Source of the DNA: Planctomycetota bacterium
Lineage (GTDB): Bacteria > JAJVIF01 > JAPKYR01
Assembly (NCBI GenBank): GCA_030614715.1
Contig: JAUWTM010000002.1
Coordinates: 17,334-81,333, forward strand
Reading direction: 5' to 3'
Length of the DNA stretch: 64,000 nucleotides
The notes below the pieces were generated by a model, which saw only the letters and a program-made list of their open reading frames with translations, was not told where the DNA came from and did not search any database. A program made the position numbers and the translations under genes. Numbering within the stretch: position 1 is the stretch's first letter; every line of letters begins with the position of its first letter. Below, one piece after another: positions 17,123-27,593 of this stretch.

Positions 17123-19597
17123 CTATTCCGCTGGCGGTTCGATCCATATTTCCCACCACGTACGGGTGGTGCAGTCCGGAGCTGGTGGCGTGTTCAGCGG
17201 GAGATCTCCCCGAAGGACCAGCCCACCGTCGCCCGTCCTCTCGGCCGCTCCGAGCTGGTACGTCCATCCATATCCGAAGGTGAAAGGAATCGGCACGTAT
17301 GTTTCGTCGTGCTGATTGCATTCTGGCCAGTCAAAAATATTCAACATCTCCACCATTGATGGATCGGTCTGTACGATCATCGAAAAGTTACCATTTCCTT
17401 CTTCCTGTAATGTCACCCGGGCGAAGCCGGACCCGGTGTGATCCGCCCACTGCGACCCAAGGGATATATTGGGAGGTGGATGAGGTGTCTCGATGTGTTT
17501 CCATCCCCATGTGAACGGGTGGACGTAGGCTGCTGACGATGACGGTTCCTCGCTTTCGATTAATATCGTCTCCCACCAGTGATATTCGAGTGTGCTGAGT
17601 TCATCTGTACTCAGGCAGTAATTGTCGAACCTGATGAATCCCCGGTAGCAGTCGGGGTTGATCATATCGAAGTCGTCCGCAGGATCGAAGTTATCCGTTT
17701 CACTGGTCGCATTGCCGAGAAAACCGTCACGGTCGCCATCCTCGCAGCCGTCGATCATTCCGTCATTCCCCGGATGGTCGTTATCGGAGTCGAGTTCCTT
17801 CCATGCGCCGTCGCCGTCGATATCTCCCGGCCTCAGGTTCCATACACCATCGGGGTGGAATACGTAACCGACAATATCCTGCTTGTCTTTGACCCTGTCT
17901 GAGTCTGTATCGTCCTGATTCGGATCGGTGCCGAACCTCCACGTCTCATCGAAATCGACAATCCCGTCACCGTCGCTGTCCATTGTAATTTCAGCCTCGT
18001 CGGTCCTTGACGGGCTTCCGGTTGTCGGGGGGAAGAGCACGTTCGGATATGACGTCGATGTCGATTGCAGATCCTCCCATATTACCCCTGTCGATGCGGG
18101 ATCCAGAACACGCAGGTATGTCTCTGTTAAGTTGTCAGGACGTCGGATAATCTGGTATCCGTCGCAGACAACCGCGTGGCCCGGGACATACAGCATCACG
18201 GGACGGCCGTCGTCGAGAAATTCCTGGATCCTGTCCATTGGATCGGGAGTCCCGGTATTATCATGGAAAAGCTGGTTCGTAAGGCCGTAATGAGGTGCCT
18301 GGTGCGGTTGATTGTAGATCCAGTAGAGTCCGTAGTTTGCATCGATCCCGCGAATTCCCTTCCCGTGACCGAGATCGCCGATCGGGTCTCCGACATGTTG
18401 TGTTTCCGTTGCGGCCTGTGTCGATGCTTCCTCAAAAATGTAATACGAAATTCTGTCCTGTGACAGGTACCCCCCGAGAGACGCGATCATCGCGAGCGAT
18501 CCACGCACGCAGTATCCCGTTGCGTGACCGCAGCTGCTTTGAAAGGTCTGGTGGGCATCCCAGCAGTTGTTCATGTTGCACCCGTCAAGGCAGAGCATCG
18601 TTGTGTCGCGCCTTGCTAAATAATGAGTGCACCCGATGACTTTTTTCGAGACAGTCGTGTACTCCCCGAACAAGATCGGTCCGCCGCCTTTTGAAGCCAT
18701 CAGTTGACCTGAAGCGGTGCCCGATGTTGTATCAACGTCCGATTCAAAATCCATCCCGGTCATGACGAAGTGATACGTATCGCTCCATGGTCCGGGATCC
18801 GTCCTGCTTTCCCTCACACGCCAGTACCAGTCACCGGGACCCGGATCCTCAAGGTAGAGCGAGAATCCCTCGACCGATTCCTCGTAAACGACATCGGCAA
18901 AACCTTCATCACGTGCGACCTGGAAATCCACCATCTGCCAACGGTAATAACCGATCAGGTTCAATTCGACATGTGTTGTCGCGAGAAGTGCACCGTTGGT
19001 GGGTCTGAACATCGTTGGACCGGGTGGGGGGTTCGGCTCTCCTTCGGTCGCTGAATCGGAGGACCTGTACACCCAGTTTTCATTGCCTGGAACCGAAGTG
19101 TCCGGATCCCGGTAAAGCACAGAATCTGGTTCGAACAGCTGATCCTCCTCCATGATGATCCCGTAGAATGGCCAGATCGGAGCACCGGGATTCATCGCGT
19201 TTGCAGGCGGTTCGGGTGGATTTCCCCATGATACAGTGTCATAAACTCCCGCAGGACCGGATAACACGCACCCGTCACCGGCTGGATTGAACGGATTTCC
19301 GTTGATACCAAGTACGTGCAGTCCACCAGGGGGAACTTCAGTTGAACTGTCCTGGAATGTGAACGTATATCCGGAGAAAAGCAGGATTGTCCAGCCGTCG
19401 ATGGACACCGGACTGTCAGTCGGGTTGATGAACTCAATCCAGGTCTGCCCGTCGGAACCGAATGGACTGATTTCATTCAGCACAAGGGTTCCACCTGAAT
19501 CCTGTGCGTGCGTTTGATTACCATCGACAGGGACGAATCCCGGCAATATCAGTATGAGCAGCCCAACGATGAGCAGGATTTTGTATATTCGATTCAT
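17123..19597 (-). CDS. Secreted multidomain protein, array paralog P1 (LTD + beta-sandwich + C39-like peptidase-like + TSP3-like Ca repeats + C-terminal domain)
   Basis: Signal peptide MNRIYKILLIVGLLILILPG. LTD-like LVLNEISPFGSDGQTWIEFINPTDSPVSIDGWTI. DWYWRV motif. YCVRGSLAMIA / GHAVVCDGY / RVLDP. DSDGDGIVDFDE and DIDGDGAWKELDSDND repeats. Ends WWEIWIEPPAE. GGAGGA Shine-Dalgarno. Confidence 0.75.
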   Translation of the reverse strand: MNRIYKILLIVGLLILILPGFVPVDGNQTHAQDSGGTLVLNEISPFGSDGQTWIEFINPTDSPVSIDGWTILLFSGYTFTFQDSSTEVPPGGLHVLGINGNPFNPAGDGCVLSGPAGVYDTVSWGNPPEPPANAMNPGAPIWPFYGIIMEEDQLFEPDSVLYRDPDTSVPGNENWVYRSSDSATEGEPNPPPGPTMFRPTNGALLATTHVELNLIGYYRWQMVDFQVARDEGFADVVYEESVEGFSLYLEDPGPGDWYWRVRESRTDPGPWSDTYHFVMTGMDFESDVDTTSGTASGQLMASKGGGPILFGEYTTVSKKVIGCTHYLARRDTTMLCLDGCNMNNCWDAHQTFQSSCGHATGYCVRGSLAMIASLGGYLSQDRISYYIFEEASTQAATETQHVGDPIGDLGHGKGIRGIDANYGLYWIYNQPHQAPHYGLTNQLFHDNTGTPDPMDRIQEFLDDGRPVMLYVPGHAVVCDGYQIIRRPDNLTETYLRVLDPASTGVIWEDLQSTSTSYPNVLFPPTTGSPSRTDEAEITMDSDGDGIVDFDETWRFGTDPNQDDTDSDRVKDKQDIVGYVFHPDGVWNLRPGDIDGDGAWKELDSDNDHPGNDGMIDGCEDGDRDGFLGNATSETDNFDPADDFDMINPDCYRGFIRFDNYCLSTDELSTLEYHWWETILIESEEPSSSAAYVHPFTWGWKHIETPHPPPNISLGSQWADHTGSGFARVTLQEEGNGNFSMIVQTDPSMVEMLNIFDWPECNQHDETYVPIPFTFGYGWTYQLGAAERTGDGGLVLRGDLPLNTPPAPDCTTRTWWEIWIEPPAE

Positions 19598-19621
19598 GAT
19601 TCCTCCAAAATAAACTGGTTC

Positions 19622-22198
19622 TCAGTCTGACGGACCTACCAGGATCCTCCACCAGAGGACGTTATCGACAAACGGCAGGTCCGCTCCGCCAAGCACGATA
19701 TCAAGGTTAACCTCACCCTCGAACAGTAGTCCGTCTGCGGTTTCAGTTGGCGTGCCGAGATCGAACTCGGTATTGCCTGCGAATCCGAAATGGGACGGCA
19801 CAGTTATTATTCGTGAGCTCGGATTCGGTCCGGCGAAGATTCCCGATGGATTGAACGGGTATTGAAAGTTTCCCCACATGGAATCTACATCGGTTACAAG
19901 TGTGTACGTGCCCAGCTCTTCATTAATCAAAAGTGATACCTTTGCTCCGCCAAGCCCGAAGTCCTCGTTACCACCGGATGCCAGAGTAGACTGCAAACTG
20001 GTCATCCTCCCGAATCGATGCAGGTGCGAGAACGTGCCGGAATTAAGCTCACCAGTTGCAAGTATTATCTCCTCGTACCACACCTGGTCGTGCGAACCGC
20101 CGTCGGGAAGCGGTACACGCATGATGTGATCTCCCCTGATGATGCCGGAGAAGCAGTCGGGATTTATGACATCGAAATCGTCACCCGCTGTGAAATTATT
20201 GGTCTCTGTTCCGTTGTCGACGAAAAACCCATCGTGATCCGTATCCTCACACCCATCGGGTGAGCTCCTGTTATCCCTGTCATCGTTATCCGGGTCCGAT
20301 TCCTTCGCCGCACCGTCGTTATCCATGTCGATCGGCTTCGGATCGTACCAGCCGAGACGGTCAAACAGGTATCCGACCATGTCCAGCATATCCGGGATGC
20401 CGTCGCGATCGGTATCTTCGTTGTCCGGATCGGTTCCGAACCGGTTAATTTCATCGAAGTCATACAGTCCGTCGTTATCGGAATCCTCGTGAACCTCCGG
20501 TTCATCCTCTTTTACCGGAATGCCGTTCTGTGGAGGAAAGATGAAAGCTCCGAACTCGGAGGATTCGTAGTCCTCCCAGTAAATCGCTTCATCGTCCTCG
20601 GTAAACGATGGATTTACTATCCTGATGAACCGCCTTTCGTGGCCTTCCTCAAGGAAATGAATCGCGCCGTCGACAACTGTCTGATGATCATCGTAGCTGC
20701 GTATCAGGGGGATGCCCAGTTGTATGTACTCGACAATCGAATCGATTGCGGCGGTCTCGTTCGCGAATAGATCGTCGGAGTAATATTTTATCTCCGACGA
20801 TCCCAGCGGCTGCTGGTAGATCCAGTCGAGCGCGACCGCTGTTTCATCCCTCGTGAAGCCGTAGCCATGACCCAGATCGCAGAACGGATCATCGAAATGC
20901 CCGTCCGGGATCGGTGTCGGACCTCCTGCACCGAGTTCCTGAAATATAAAATACGAAATCCTGTCCTCGCTTAGCTGGTTTCCGAACATGCACGCGATCA
21001 TTGCACACGATGCACGTCCGCAGTAATGCTTGTTGTGCCCCCCGACCCTGGCTCCATACGGGTGTTCGATGTCCCATGCGTACGTCCCGCCCATCGTGCA
21101 GCCGTCAAAACACACCATGTGCGTGTCCTTCATCTGGAACTTGTGCGGGATATCGAGTTCGTAGGCGTCGATGATGAAAAGATCCTCATCTGACTTGGTC
21201 TGCGCAAGATAAGTGTCCGAAATCCGCATCGATGTGCCGGTCCTGCTGCGGAAATCCTCAACCATCCCCTCGAGATCGTACTCCTCGATGGTAAATATCT
21301 GGTAGTCACTCCAGCGAAGCTGAATTCCGTTGATCCATGCCTTTACGCGCCAGTAGTACGTCCCGGGTGCGAGGTCCCTGATGGGATACGTGTCAGTCTG
21401 TACTGTTTCTTCGATAACGACATCCACAAATCCTTCGTCAGTTGCTATCTGGAATGTAATCTGGTCGGCCCAGGCCATATCTGTTACGCCAAGCGGGAAA
21501 TCAGAAGCCATCCGTGCTCCGTCGGACGGAATCATTCTCCACGGACCAACGATATTTGTGGCACTTGCCGGAGTTGCCTGGGTATGACTGCGATAGACCC
21601 ATTTATCCGATCCGACCCAGCTTAAATTCCCACCTGAAATGTCAGGGTTGATCCTGATCAGCACATCGGTTGGATTGAACAGCTCTCCTTCCGAAGGTCT
21701 TGAATCGTACGGTGGCCGTAATGGTGCTCCGGGTGCTATTGGATAAATAATATCTGTCGGGGGATTACCCCACGTTATGATGTCTATTACTCCGCCGGGT
21801 GCGACAAGCATACAGCCGTCGCCGGTTTGCCCAGGGTTTACTATCTGCGCCGTTTCAGTTATTACATTTTGGACTTCTGCCCTTAAGCCACCCTCTGGTG
21901 GATTTCCGAATATAATCAGGATCGTATCGCCACCGGAGCATTCAAAGCCTTCGGGAATCTCGTATTCAAAACCGGACAGGAATCTCAGTGACCAGCCGGA
22001 CAGTGAAATGGCATGAATAGTTGGATTGATTAACTCGACCCAGACTCCGCCATCGCCGGGCCACGGTCCGAGTTCGTTGAGTATCAGCATTCCCCGACCT
22101 GAGCCCGGTTGCGATTCCGCATCCTGCGCGTGATGTACGTCCGGCAGGACAAGTACAAAACATGTAAATATCATCGTCCAGGCGATTATCCGGTACAT
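19622..22198 (-). CDS. Array paralog P2 (same architecture)
   Basis: Signal peptide. LILNELGPWPGDGGVWVELINPTIHAISLSGWSL. TYYWRV. YCGRASCAMIA / DHQTVVDGA / RIVNP. DSDNDGLYDFDE and DTDRDGIPD repeats. Ends LWWRILVGPSD. GGGAGGA Shine-Dalgarno. Confidence 0.75.
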   Translation of the reverse strand: MYRIIAWTMIFTCFVLVLPDVHHAQDAESQPGSGRGMLILNELGPWPGDGGVWVELINPTIHAISLSGWSLRFLSGFEYEIPEGFECSGGDTILIIFGNPPEGGLRAEVQNVITETAQIVNPGQTGDGCMLVAPGGVIDIITWGNPPTDIIYPIAPGAPLRPPYDSRPSEGELFNPTDVLIRINPDISGGNLSWVGSDKWVYRSHTQATPASATNIVGPWRMIPSDGARMASDFPLGVTDMAWADQITFQIATDEGFVDVVIEETVQTDTYPIRDLAPGTYYWRVKAWINGIQLRWSDYQIFTIEEYDLEGMVEDFRSRTGTSMRISDTYLAQTKSDEDLFIIDAYELDIPHKFQMKDTHMVCFDGCTMGGTYAWDIEHPYGARVGGHNKHYCGRASCAMIACMFGNQLSEDRISYFIFQELGAGGPTPIPDGHFDDPFCDLGHGYGFTRDETAVALDWIYQQPLGSSEIKYYSDDLFANETAAIDSIVEYIQLGIPLIRSYDDHQTVVDGAIHFLEEGHERRFIRIVNPSFTEDDEAIYWEDYESSEFGAFIFPPQNGIPVKEDEPEVHEDSDNDGLYDFDEINRFGTDPDNEDTDRDGIPDMLDMVGYLFDRLGWYDPKPIDMDNDGAAKESDPDNDDRDNRSSPDGCEDTDHDGFFVDNGTETNNFTAGDDFDVINPDCFSGIIRGDHIMRVPLPDGGSHDQVWYEEIILATGELNSGTFSHLHRFGRMTSLQSTLASGGNEDFGLGGAKVSLLINEELGTYTLVTDVDSMWGNFQYPFNPSGIFAGPNPSSRIITVPSHFGFAGNTEFDLGTPTETADGLLFEGEVNLDIVLGGADLPFVDNVLWWRILVGPSD

Positions 22199-22231
22199 CG
22201 AATTCCTCCCTTATTCCCTGTCAGCCATGTC

Positions 22232-22375
22232 TCAATCCTCATCGAATGGTACCTGCAGCCAGATTTCCCATGTAATTGTGGCAGTTGCGCCCATCGACTG
22301 CATGGATGCCTCGTGTTCCTGAATCTGCGATGGTGATCCTCCTGGTCCGATAAAGCTCTCGTATCCATAGAGGTC
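22232..22375 (-). other. In-frame 47-codon extension after the P3 TGA, encoding the family's conserved C-terminal tail
   Basis: Hand translation in the P3 frame after the TGA gives DLYGYESFIGPGGSPSQIQEHEASMQSMGATATITWEIWLQVPFDED, then TGA at 22232-22234. This aligns with the P4 tail ...RGFIDVFTGFDPSSG...SIISWEIWIQSPETYVRSN. Confidence 0.7.
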
Positions 22376-24817
22376 TCAGACTCCGCGAAGGACAAGCCCG
22401 CCGTCCGGTGTTGTCACGGGTTGCCCGATACGCTCAGGCGTGAAGGCAAACTGGTGAAGATAGATCGGTAATGTCTGGGTCTGATGGGTCGTACTGCCAA
22501 GGGCGTTAATTTCTATCTCCATGTCTACCTGGTCTGGATTGGTGTCAACATCAAGGATGTAGTTGCCGGACTCGTCAGTAGTCAGCTCAACCCTGGCAAA
22601 GCCATCACCGTGCGTGTTCCCTGATCCCGCACCATATTCTGTGCCCAGCATAACGACGCCAAAGCAGAAGTTAATATTCCAGTTGAATGAGTGCACATAG
22701 TCCTCACCGAATAGGCTGTCACCGCCGTCGAGTATCACTTCTTCCCACTGGTCGGGACAGTAATCCGATGTCACGTAGTACCTGATGTAACCCTGCATGC
22801 ACTCAGGATTTGTTACAGATCCATCGTCCGACGCATCGAAATTACTCGTCTCCAGGCCATTGAAATTCATGAACCCATCGTGATCGGCATCTTCGCAGCC
22901 GTCGATTGTCCCGCTGTCGTCCGCATTGTCATTGTCGGGATCGAGTTCCTTGGCATCGGTGTCCCCATCGAAATCCGGGTGAGTAAGCAGCCACGTTCCA
23001 TTGCGAAGGAAAACGTACCCAAGGACATCCTGCTTATCGTTTACGCCGTCCCCGTCGGTGTCCACATCCTGTGGGTCGGTATTAAAACGGGTGGTTTCAT
23101 CGAAGTCGTTCAACCCGTCTCCGTCTGAATCCAGCGCGATTGAGGATTCATTACTTCGTATGGGCGTCGTGTTTTCGGGCGGGAAGATGAATGCATCGAA
23201 AGCATTAATAGTGGACTCCAGGGTGAACCATCGACCTGCAGCGGAGATCCATGGATCTTCGACCCGAACGTAATGAACGGTTATATTGCCAATTTTTTCA
23301 ACGATTGCGTAACCGGAAATAAGCGTTGCGTGTCCACTTCCACAGCGCATTACGGGAGTTCCAGCGTCGATGTATCTCTTGATGCGTGCCATGATCCCCG
23401 GTATATCGGTCGGTGCTGCTCCCGTGTGAGTAAGCTGCGATGTTGATCCCATGGGCTTGTTGTAAAGCCAGTCGATCGCAGCCCTTGAATATGAGCGGCC
23501 CGTCCCCCTGCCATGCGCAAGATCGTCGATCGGGCTATAGATCCATTGCGGTTGATTAGGATTGGAGAGAAAATGCCAGAGCTCTTCGAACATGTAGTAC
23601 GTTATCCGGTCCTGACTCAGCGTGAGTCCGCTGTTTCCCGCTATCATCGCTATACATGCACGTGCGCAATATGCGTTTCCATGACTGCACGTTGACCTTG
23701 TACCGCCTGCCAGCGGAGGATCTCCGTGATTGTCGTCCCAGTCGCAGCTGTCAGCCATATTACAACCCATCAGGCAGACCATCGACGTGTCCTTGAACTG
23801 CATGATATGGGGACAGTTGTTGAGCAGCGCTGATGACGTGACATCATCATCCCAGCCCAGTATCAGACCCGGTGGTTGTTTTCCTTCCTTGCCATCCGCG
23901 AGCCTGATTTCCGAGCTTCCGGACACAACGATCAGATCTTCTATATCGTACGGCTCGCGAGTAAACGACATCGCAGGTGACCAGCCTCCATCTTCACCCA
24001 TCACACGCCAGTAGTACGTACCGGCTTCCAGTCTGGTAATCGTGTATGAGTGTACCTCAACAGTTGCATCAATAGTTACATCCTGGAAATTCACGTCACG
24101 TGCCACCTGGAAGGTTGTCGATCCGGACCACTCGATGCCGACTACGTACAGCTCGAACTCTGACGCGACATAAGCTCCATCGGGAGGTGAGTACCGTACC
24201 GGTGGAGGGTAGGGATTCTGCTCTCCGCGACTTGCTGCATCCGAACCCCTGTAAGCCCAATGTTCAGACCCGATCCAGTTACCTGCATTGGGAGGCCATG
24301 TGTCCGGAATTCTGAAAATTATATCGTCGGGATTATGGATGTCCTCTTCATCGTCGTATTCAGGCATGAACGGCCATAGCGGATCACCCGATGACACCGA
24401 TCCAGGATCTGCCGGTGTTGGATTTCCCCAACTGATGGTGTCAGTGACTCCGTCCGGACCGGATAACGTGCACGCATCGCCATCGGGATTTAATGGATTG
24501 TCGCCGGAAATTCCGAGTACGTGCAGCCTGCCTGGTTCGATCTCTCCCGCTCCTGACGGGAACGTGTACTCGAATCCTGACCGAAACCTGATCGTCCAGC
24601 CGTCGAGTTCGACCGTTGACCGCGTTGGATTGAGAAGTTCCACCCAGACCTGCCCATCGGACGGCCATGGGCTGATTTCATTCAGGATCAGGTCGCCATC
24701 GCCTGCCTGCGCGTACGCAGTGTCTGTCAGGTTGATATTTATTATCGAGACAGGTGACCCCGGAAGTCCTGACAACAGCGCCGCTGTAATAATCAACCAG
24801 GTTAGTATCCGATACAC
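22376..24817 (-). CDS. Array paralog P3, terminated by an in-frame TGA before the conserved C-terminal strand
   Basis: GTG start with GAGGAG Shine-Dalgarno. LILNEISPWPSDGQVWVELLNPTRSTVELDGWTI. TYYWRV. YCARACIAMIA / GHATLISGY / RVEDP. DSDGDGLNDFDE and DTDGDGVNDKQD repeats. Ends ...GGLVLRGV at TGA 22376-22378, roughly 45 aa short of its closest paralog P4. Confidence 0.75.
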   Translation of the reverse strand: MYRILTWLIITAALLSGLPGSPVSIININLTDTAYAQAGDGDLILNEISPWPSDGQVWVELLNPTRSTVELDGWTIRFRSGFEYTFPSGAGEIEPGRLHVLGISGDNPLNPDGDACTLSGPDGVTDTISWGNPTPADPGSVSSGDPLWPFMPEYDDEEDIHNPDDIIFRIPDTWPPNAGNWIGSEHWAYRGSDAASRGEQNPYPPPVRYSPPDGAYVASEFELYVVGIEWSGSTTFQVARDVNFQDVTIDATVEVHSYTITRLEAGTYYWRVMGEDGGWSPAMSFTREPYDIEDLIVVSGSSEIRLADGKEGKQPPGLILGWDDDVTSSALLNNCPHIMQFKDTSMVCLMGCNMADSCDWDDNHGDPPLAGGTRSTCSHGNAYCARACIAMIAGNSGLTLSQDRITYYMFEELWHFLSNPNQPQWIYSPIDDLAHGRGTGRSYSRAAIDWLYNKPMGSTSQLTHTGAAPTDIPGIMARIKRYIDAGTPVMRCGSGHATLISGYAIVEKIGNITVHYVRVEDPWISAAGRWFTLESTINAFDAFIFPPENTTPIRSNESSIALDSDGDGLNDFDETTRFNTDPQDVDTDGDGVNDKQDVLGYVFLRNGTWLLTHPDFDGDTDAKELDPDNDNADDSGTIDGCEDADHDGFMNFNGLETSNFDASDDGSVTNPECMQGYIRYYVTSDYCPDQWEEVILDGGDSLFGEDYVHSFNWNINFCFGVVMLGTEYGAGSGNTHGDGFARVELTTDESGNYILDVDTNPDQVDMEIEINALGSTTHQTQTLPIYLHQFAFTPERIGQPVTTPDGGLVLRGV

Positions 24818-24844
24818 GTGTGTTCTCCTCGTTACTGTTCCTTG

Positions 24845-27454
24845 TTAGTTTGATCTGACGTACGTTTCAGGTGATTGAATCCAGATTTCCCACGATATGA
24901 TCGAGGACCCGCCTCCACCGGCTCCTGCGAGTGGGTCGAATCCCGACGGAGTGTTTGGCGTGGTCTGGCCGCTCATGTACTGACCGCTGCTTGGATCGAA
25001 CCCTGTGAAAACATCGATGAAACCCCTGAAAACCCATCCCCCGTTGGCATTTTCCTCGGGTTGACCCAGCTCATGCGGCTCCAGGTACCAATTGTGGAGT
25101 GACAGGGGGGCTGTTTCGTCAAAAGTACCGGATTCGCTGCCGATTGTGTACTCGGTCGTTGCTATGATCTCTGTTGGCTGTGTGTCTATATACAAATAGA
25201 AACCTCCATTGGCATCTCTTTCGAGTTTCAGCTCAGCAGCACCCTCTCCCTGGTGATGTGTATAAGAGGAAATATACGAAGTACCGGCCAGGCTGGTGAT
25301 CAGGCATCCATGAAAATCCCAGCTGTATGAGTGGACATAGCCGTCACCTGCAAGGTTATCCATTCCATCGATGTCGATTCTTTCCCACGTGTCGGGACAT
25401 GCACTGCCCTGTGTAAGCCTGTATTCGATCCAGCCGCCGCTGCACTGGGGATTTACGACAGTTCCATCATCGGATGAATCGAAATTGGATGTCTCCTGCC
25501 CGTTCGCCTCGAAGAAACCGTTATGGTTTGCGTCCTCGCAACCATCTACAGTGCCGTCATCTGCAGCATTATCGTTGTCAGGGTCGTCTTCCTTCCTGTT
25601 GCCATCGCCGTCGATATCAGGATCGGTCAGAAGCCATTGTCCATCGGGCATAAAAACGTAACCGAGTATATCCTCAAGATCCTTGACTCCGTCGCTGTCG
25701 GTGTCGTCGTCATTCGGGTCCGTTTTAAACCTGTTGATCTCGTCGAAATCGTTCAATCCATCGCTGTCCGAGTCCATCCCGATCTCCGCCTCATCGCTGC
25801 GGATCGGGCTTCCGGTGGGGGGAGGGAATAAGTACTTTTTATATGTATCGATGGTGGTTTCGAGCAGCAGCCACCTGTGAGGTGTGTTGATCCAGGGATC
25901 CTCGATGCGCAGGAAATGCACATCGACCCCGCTGGTCTTCCGGATCACTGCGTAGCCAGATACTATCGTTGCATGTTTACCGCTGCACCTGAGAACAGGT
26001 GTTCCAGCATCGATAAACTGCTTTATCTTTGCGAAAACACCGTCCAGATCGTTCGGTGCTGTGTTGTTATACTTCATCACGGTGCTTGCACCTGAGCTCT
26101 GGCCGTACAACCAGTCCAGGGTGAGTAGAATCGGTGTCGTGCCTGTACCCCGCTTGTGCCCCAGATCATTTATCGGGCTGTTCAGGTGTGTAGCTTGAGT
26201 TGCACTCGTGTACGTCTGCCACATTTCCTCGAACTGGTAATATGAAATCCTGTCCTGGCTTATGCTCTTCCCTCCGGCACCGGCGACCATTGCGATCGAT
26301 GCACGTGTGCAATAGCTGTTACCATGCTCGCACGTCGGTCTGGCTCCGCCTGCGAGTGGAGGGTTGTTATGATTGTTATCCCACGGGCACATCGGCTCGA
26401 TGTCGCATCCCATCAGGCAGACCATCGTTGTGTCCTTGTACTGCATGATGTGCGGACACGTTGTTACAATCCTCGAGGATGTAATGACATCGCCTCCGGC
26501 GAGGGGAACTCCTGCAGTTGCTCCACCACCCTTGTTGTCTGCGAGAAACAACCCATCTTCCCGGGCTGCGGTTATTACTTCTTCCAGATCGTACGGTTCC
26601 CGTGTGAACTCCAGCGGCTGCGACCATTCCCCGTCGGAACCGCCTCGTACGCGCCAGTAATAGGTCCCGGCATCAAGGTTATCAAGATGCAGCGTGTCAC
26701 CGTACACTTCCTGCTCAACAACAATGTCCTGGAATCCCGAATCACGGGCAATCTGGAACGTGATGGAATCAGCCCATTCGAGCCCGACAGCAGTCAGATC
26801 GACATCCGATGCGAATACTGCACCGTCAGGTGGCGATGTCCGTACAGGTGGTGGCATCGGATTCGTGCTTCCCCTGCTTGACGCGCTGGAATCCCGGTAA
26901 GCCCAATGCTCAGAGCCAAGCCAGGATGATTCCCCGGGTGGCCATGTGTTCGGAATTCGCATGATCACATCGTCGGGTAAATGTAGTGGCTCGTCGTCAT
27001 CATGCATCGGGGCGAACGGAACCAGCGGTTCACCTGCCGATAACGGTGCTCTTGAGTCGAGGAAAGGCAGGCCCCACTGGATAACATCGATAACACCATC
27101 CGGACCACTGAGTATGCAGCCGTCGCCGTCTTGATCCAGCGGATTTTCGCCTGATATCCCGAGCACATGAAGATTACCGCTGCCTATGTCGCCGGAATTA
27201 GCAGGAAATGTGTACTCGAAACCTGACAGGAACTCGATCGTCCAGCCATCGAGTTCCACAGAACCGCTTGTAGGGTTGATTAGTTCAACCCAGACGCTGC
27301 CGTCCGACGGAAACGGACTGATCTCATTTAGTAACAGGTAACCTCCTCCCGTCTGCGCTGACGTCCCGGGTATTACCCCGGTACGTTCAGGCGCCCCGGT
27401 AAGCAGGAGTGACATAATTATTGTCGTGAAAAGGAAAGCGATCGACCGATGCAT
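24845..27454 (-). CDS. Array paralog P4 (same architecture)
   Basis: Preferred start is ATG 27454 (MHRSIAFLFTTIIMSLLL), preceded by AAGGAGGAG. The track ORF starts 27 nt further upstream. LLLNEISPFPSDGSVWVELINPTSGSVELDGWTI. TYYWRV. YCTRASIAMVA / KHATIVSGY / RIEDP. DSDSDGLNDFDE and DTDSDGVKD repeats. Ends SWEIWIQSPETYVRSN. Confidence 0.75.
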   Translation of the reverse strand: MHRSIAFLFTTIIMSLLLTGAPERTGVIPGTSAQTGGGYLLLNEISPFPSDGSVWVELINPTSGSVELDGWTIEFLSGFEYTFPANSGDIGSGNLHVLGISGENPLDQDGDGCILSGPDGVIDVIQWGLPFLDSRAPLSAGEPLVPFAPMHDDDEPLHLPDDVIMRIPNTWPPGESSWLGSEHWAYRDSSASSRGSTNPMPPPVRTSPPDGAVFASDVDLTAVGLEWADSITFQIARDSGFQDIVVEQEVYGDTLHLDNLDAGTYYWRVRGGSDGEWSQPLEFTREPYDLEEVITAAREDGLFLADNKGGGATAGVPLAGGDVITSSRIVTTCPHIMQYKDTTMVCLMGCDIEPMCPWDNNHNNPPLAGGARPTCEHGNSYCTRASIAMVAGAGGKSISQDRISYYQFEEMWQTYTSATQATHLNSPINDLGHKRGTGTTPILLTLDWLYGQSSGASTVMKYNNTAPNDLDGVFAKIKQFIDAGTPVLRCSGKHATIVSGYAVIRKTSGVDVHFLRIEDPWINTPHRWLLLETTIDTYKKYLFPPPTGSPIRSDEAEIGMDSDSDGLNDFDEINRFKTDPNDDDTDSDGVKDLEDILGYVFMPDGQWLLTDPDIDGDGNRKEDDPDNDNAADDGTVDGCEDANHNGFFEANGQETSNFDSSDDGTVVNPQCSGGWIEYRLTQGSACPDTWERIDIDGMDNLAGDGYVHSYSWDFHGCLITSLAGTSYISSYTHHQGEGAAELKLERDANGGFYLYIDTQPTEIIATTEYTIGSESGTFDETAPLSLHNWYLEPHELGQPEENANGGWVFRGFIDVFTGFDPSSGQYMSGQTTPNTPSGFDPLAGAGGGGSSIISWEIWIQSPETYVRSN

Positions 27455-27593
27455 ATTTTCTCCTCCTTCAATAAAACTCAATGCTCGATTAATAGGTTGC
27501 GATTAGTACAACCCATGATCAGGATGGCTGAATCGTTATTGCGCTTTGTACCCTCTACCTAACAGCGTGTAGAACAATTATGTATTTTCTGTT

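Noticed and set aside
22376-22378. The P3 in-frame TGA as selenocysteine, or as evidence for a TGA-recoding genetic code (code 4 or 25).
   Set aside because: TGA clearly acts as a stop elsewhere in the window (e.g. korA, with ATGA coupling to korB). The paralogs have no Cys at the aligned position, and I saw no obvious SECIS-like hairpin. A nonsense mutation, sequencing error or low-level readthrough remain the live options.
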